Source: Schmidtea polychroa
Taxonomy: Eukaryota
Reading direction: 5' to 3'
Assembly: GCA_044892525.1 (NCBI GenBank)
Contig: CM097885.1
Coordinates: 67,580,001 to 67,644,000 of the forward strand
DNA: 64,000 nucleotides
The position numbers were made by a program, and so were the translations under genes. Below, piece by piece: positions 58,827-64,000 of the stretch; position 1 is the stretch's first letter; every line of letters begins with the position of its first letter. Below the pieces are notes generated by a model. It searched no databases and had not been told where the DNA came from. It saw only the letters and a program-made list of their open reading frames with translations.

Positions 58827-61800
58827 ACCTCTTCCGCTTTAGAGATATTATTAACCATATTGACCACTTTGACCACCAGATACAAACTGACCGTAAGCTG
58901 CTTAAACGCGTTAGTACCAGGATTGCCCCATCCAACAAAATAGTCTGCCACATCTATAACAAAACCTGTGCCAGATGTTTGATCCACCATGACCCTAACT
59001 CTTCCTTAAAGACCATCACGCAACACATGGCTAAATCACACAAAAAATATACATATGACCCCAATGAGGAAATATACTGCTTCTGTGGCCTATGGATACC
59101 CTTCACGAACATCCAAGACCATATTAACTTCATGCACCCGCTCCCATACTCCCACGTCTTCACTAAACCTCCCCCATCCGCCGAATGCAGCATTGAAATA
59201 CATGACTTGAATAACGAGAACCTTCTTGGCCCACTGCTAGAAACCCAAGAAAGCATGTTCCACATCTCTGATAGTGAAATTACCAAACGGCCACTGCCAG
59301 ATGACCTACTTTTCACACCTAACATTGACAATGAATCCGCATGATGGTCACAACATGCAATTAAAGCATACATCTTCTCCTTCGCCATAAAAAAATCAAC
59401 AATCTTCGTCGACCCTTTCATCGGAAACGCCCTCATCCAACATAACTATAAAACTTTCTTTTCAACCTTCCCCTTCCATGAATTCGCAGAATGGAATGAA
59501 ATCATCATACCCATGTCCAATGGACAAAATATTTGGTTCTTCTTCTTCCTCGATAAAAACAAAAACTTGCAGTACTCATCCACCCATTAATCGACAACAG
59601 CCTTCTGACGCACTCAAAACTCGCCAATAGCCTACTTGAAACCATCCTAGACCTTCAGAAAATTGTCTTACCCATATCCATCGACCTGAAAGAACCCAAA
59701 GAATCCCTGCAGACTCCGCTTTCTTCATCTGTCACTTCATTGAACACCTCATCACACGACACCCCCTCACCACACCCCAAATTCCTTCTATGACCCTGGA
59801 ACTTAAAACAATTATTAATAATTATTTTAAAAATAAAATACTAAATAATGATATACGTAAATATAAACAGTTTATAAAGAATATTATTTTTAATCTCATC
59901 GAAAACAAAAATGACGCCGACTCTGCTATTTCCGAAATGGAAAAAATAAATGCAAACATTCACCCTTTAAAATATATCACCAAAAAGCCCTCTGACATAA
60001 TACATAAAAAACCCGTAATGAGAATGAATTACTTTTCATTAAAAGGAAAAAGTACACCATTAACCCAAAGGAGGAAGTCGCCAAGATCCTGAGAAATGCC
60101 CCAACCTTCCAGAGACCGACTATGGATAATATTCTGAAACTCTTTGCTGGAACCCTCACAAATTGCTCACCTAATCCTTTGATTAAACTACCCTCACTTC
60201 CTGAAACTCTTTCATGTGACCCCTATGACACTGATGAAATTAAGGCAATCTTCAGGCAACTCAGCAATACGGCCCCAGGTATGGATGGCATCTCTTTGTC
60301 TGACTGGAGAATTCTATCACCTGACTTCGAATTCCTTCTATCCTTGTTTAACAACCTACTACGCACAACTACATGCCCTATGTCCTGGAAAACATTTCGC
60401 TCTAAATTAATTTTAAAAGCTGGAAAGGCCGAGACTAGCCACGAAGCTAGCTCCTGGAGACCCATATCTATCATGAACACCTCATACCGTATATTCTCCT
60501 CACTTCTTAACAACCGCCTTCTGAATTGGATAAAACTTGGCAAACTACTGTCTAACAACCAAAAAGCCATATGTGCACCCGACGGATGTGCTGAACACAA
60601 TTTCACTTTACACCTTGTCAAAGATGCTGCAATCCGCAATAAAACTGACCTCCATATCATATGGCTCGATATCTCCGATGCTTTTGGATCTTTACCTCAC
60701 TCTCTTATATGGCACACTCTTACCAATATGGGACTCAACCCAAATACAATCAAACTTATAAATGACATGTATAACGATGTGCAAACTATTTTTGAATGTG
60801 AAGGAGAACGCTCCCCATCTGTCCCCATTGTAAAAGGAGTTAAGCAAGGCTGCCCCTTATCTATGACAATCTTTTGCCTATGTATCGACTTCATACTCCA
60901 ACATGTCTTAAAGCACCATCCCTTTCTATTCCATGGGCACAACATTAGCATCCTTGTCTATGCCGATGATATTGTACTAATTTCGGACTCGTACTACTCA
61001 ATAAACCTGGCACTTTGCGAAACGACACACCTGGCTTCACAAGTTAACCTTCGCTTTAAGCCTTCGAAATCTGGATACTTTCATATCAACCATGATGACA
61101 ATTATAGCCCAATCCGCCTTTATGACGAACTCCTCCCCAGAATTGATGACTCTAACTTCTACCGATACCTTGGAGTTGATTTCACGTATAAGGTAAGACA
61201 CAACATTGAGGAGAGACTTGAAAATGCCCTAACTGATACCAAAACAATTCTTGCCTCCCATCTGCATCCTGCCCAAAAACTTAATGCCTACAAAATATTC
61301 ATTCACTCTCGCCTTACCTAATAGGGTGGAGTGAAAATTTTTTTTTCTTAATATCTTGTTTGGATAGCTATAAAAACTTGGTAATACCTATATCTACCGC
61401 AACTGCGAGATCCACCACAGTGTACTCGACTCCGAAAGAAACCTGAAAAATAATGTAGGTTTACCCCATAGGGGCGCCACCCAAAGACTAAAATCCATAA
61501 TCAAAAATGCCATTGGCGATAAAATTTGTGAGCTCAACAACAACTTCCTATATGCATCAATCAAACTTGGAGGACTGGGTATAACATCCCTCATTGATGA
61601 ATACCTTATCCAGGGAATTGTCCACCTCATACGTGCCCTCAACTCAACTGACACTGATTTTCGCAACCTCGTCTTATCCGAACTCTGCCACGCCAGAGGA
61701 AATAGCAACATCAACTCTGCAATCTCTTGGTTAAATGGCGACTCCACTAAGACCTTTCCATCCAAATCTCTCTTCTCAAAATTCAGGAAATCATCCATAA

Positions 61801-62750
61801 GACTGCGACTCATATATGGGATCTCTACTAAAATAGTCTTCCTCAAAAACTCCTACCAATTAGAAATTAAATACAAAGACCGAATTAATTACTTCACATC
61901 CTCCAACCTTAAAGATACATCATCTGAAATACATTCTATTATTAGCCTCATTTATGCCGATAGATGGTCCGAAATGAAATGTCAACGACATATAGCCAAA
62001 AGCATCGGTAGTAGTAGCATTGCTAGTTTTTCCTTTAAAACGGACATTCTAACTGACCCGCAATTTATCTTCCTGATCCGAGCACGCAACAACATCCTAA
62101 AATTAAATTATACACCTTTCGAATTAAATCTAAGAAATATACACTATGTAGGCACTGCTACGCTCATCCTGAAACACAAGCACACATTTTTAACCACTGC
62201 CCTGCTAAATCCAATGCCCGCCGAAACAAACATAGAAATGTCCTCCAAGCTGTCTCTGACTTCCTTCTCGAACATAAATACGATATTGACATCGAACAAA
62301 CCCCAATGGGCATCAACACCACCCTCATCCCTGACCTCCTTATTAAAACCCCGCGGAATAAATTGATACATATCCTTGACATAAAGGTCCCTTATGAAAA
62401 TGAAACAAATTTTGAACAAGCTAGGAATAACAATTTTGAGAAATACAAACACTTAGCAATTGATATAGGCCATGCACACAACTGCAAAACCTCTCTGCTT
62501 ACCCTTGTTATTGGTACACTTGGCTCCTGGGACAGAAAGAACGACAAAGACCTAAGAATAATTGGTCTGAGTAGAGCAGAAATTAAAGCTCTAGCAAAAA
62601 AAGCCTGCAGCTACCACATATATAGAGAACACATATACAAAGACTAACACACACCCCCATATTTCCTTATATATTATCAATCTCTCAAAGCATTACCATA
62701 TTTATATCAAACCTATTCCCTATTATACTAAAATTTTAACTATCCCTATG
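58827..62750 (+). mobile_element. NeSL-clade non-LTR retrotransposon (C2H2 fingers, Ulp1-like protease, RT, CCHC, restriction-like endonuclease), 5'-truncated and pseudogenised
   Basis: CARC..HMAKSH and CFCG..HINFMH fingers. Ulp1-like remnants IIIP...IWFFFFLD and DSAFFICHF. RT motifs WRPIS, WLDISDAFGS, GVKQGCPLS, YADD, YRYLG. CRHC..ETQAHIFNHC at about 62147. IPDLL..ILDIKVPYE endonuclease. Confidence 0.85.
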
Positions 62751-63339
62751 CAATGATGAGATTGAAAAATGGTATTGCTTTTGTATACTGAGTATTGCGT
62801 ATGAATGCAAAGTCCTTAATAATAGCAACAGGATTTATGATANNNNNNNNNNNNNNNNNNNNNNNNNNNNNNNNNNNNNNNNNNNNNNNNNNNNNNNNNN
62901 NNNNNNNNNNNNNNNNNNNNNNNNNNNNNNNNNNNNNNNNNNNNNNNNNNNNNNNNNNNNNNNNNNNNNNNNNNNNNNNNNNNNNNNNNNNNNNNNNNNN
63001 NNNNNNNNNNNNNNNNNNNNNNNNNNNNNNNNNNNNNNNNNNNNNNNNNNNNNNNNNNNNNNNNNNNNNNNNNNNNNNNNNNNNNNNNNNNNNNNNNNNN
63101 NNNNNNNNNNNNNNAATGTCAATAAACTCTAATGATAACAATTATTTAAATTTAATAGTAACAATAACGACAATAAAATAAAACTAGTATTACTAATCTT
63201 AAACTTATTATTAATAATAATAGTAAAAATAATAATAATAAATATATTTCCATTATCCTATACCATACACCTCCTCGGGCAACCGACTTATTTACTAGAA
63301 AGGACCCACCATGTTGAATACCCAATGATGAAAAAAGCC

Positions 63340-63990
63340 ACTGCCACTGCCTCAATCGCCAATCATCCAAAAAACATAAGGACAGCGAATGAACATGCTT
63401 TGCAACAAGGACATATTGGACACCTGCCCATCAATCCAGCCAGACTGCGGAACACAAACGCGACTCTAGTGATCTCAACCCAGCCAATCCGACCAGAATA
63501 TCTATGTTTATATTTACTCCCAGAAGCCACAAGCCAACCAAGCCAACAACCGACTGCCTAACACTACCTCAATCACCAATCATTCAAAAAAACAATAAGG
63601 ACGATGAATGGACATGCTTTGCTACAAGGACATATTGGACACCTGCCCATCAATCCAGCCAGACTGCGGAACACAAACGTGACTCTAGTGATCTCAACCC
63701 AGCCAATCCGACCAGAATATCTATGTTTATATTTACTCCCAGAAGCCACAACCCAACCAAGCCAAAAACCGACTGCCTAACACTACCTCAATCACCAATC
63801 ATTCAAAAAAAACAATAAGGACAACGAATGGACATGCTTTGCTACAAGGACATATTGGACACCTGCCCATCAATCCAGCCAGACTGCGGAACACAAACGT
63901 GACTCTAGTGACCTCAACCCAGCCAATCCGACCGAATATCTATGCTTATATATACTCCCAGAAGCCACAACCCAACCAAGCCAACAAGCT
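63340..63990 (+). repeat. Tandem repeat with a 219-220 bp unit, about 3 copies, continuing to the window end
   Basis: GAATG(G/A)ACATGCTTTGC recurs at 63387, 63606 and 63826. Confidence 0.92.
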
Positions 63991-64000
63991 TTTTGTTTGT

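Noticed and set aside
58827-58953. N-terminal ~40 aa of the 903-aa pol ORF as given in the ORF track
   Set aside because: It is the antisense of the NeSL-like element's zinc-finger region, not Gypsy sequence.
62750-62792. ATGATGA...CTGA suggesting a C/D snoRNA
   Set aside because: The boxes are only about 30 nt apart with no terminal stem, and such matches are expected by chance in AT-rich DNA.
1-64000. CRISPR arrays, rRNA or tRNA genes
   Set aside because: None seen. The GTGCCTTCGGGA in motif B resembles a 16S helix only over a few bases.

Overview
This is AT-rich, compact-intron eukaryotic (probably metazoan) DNA. It holds two host genes: intronless TUBGCP4 (4701-6671, -) and a 4-exon steroid 5-alpha-reductase (14792-37410, +) whose second intron is 21.7 kb of nested transposons. 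Routine repeats include three hAT transposase remnants, a hAT MITE, a Merlin remnant, decayed Gypsy/LTR pieces, a Helitron-like fragment and a pseudogenised NeSL-type non-LTR element. The most unusual content is a probable giant, virus-like Ty3/Gypsy system on the minus strand. (1) Pol (RT-RNaseH-IN) is followed, across a single 1-bp frameshift, by two ankyrin-repeat blocks and a type I membrane protein. Then come five intronless accessory ORFs, including a full TRAF. Each spacer carries AATAAA and an AG splice acceptor just before the next ATG. (2) Three ~4.1-kb TG...CA units are present; two have perfect 4-bp TSDs and one abuts the Gypsy cassette. They look like giant (solo) LTRs. Each carries a conserved CCAAT/TATA module, a spliced 249-aa orphan ORF (CxxC, coiled coil, Arg-rich motif, acidic tail) and two conserved structured non-coding motifs with compensatory base changes (GCAA and cUUCGg tetraloops). 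Older, diverged relatives of the ORF and of motif A also occur. Three N-gaps lie at about 32576-32728, 43272-43411 and 62843-63115. All calls were made by eye; no database searches were run.
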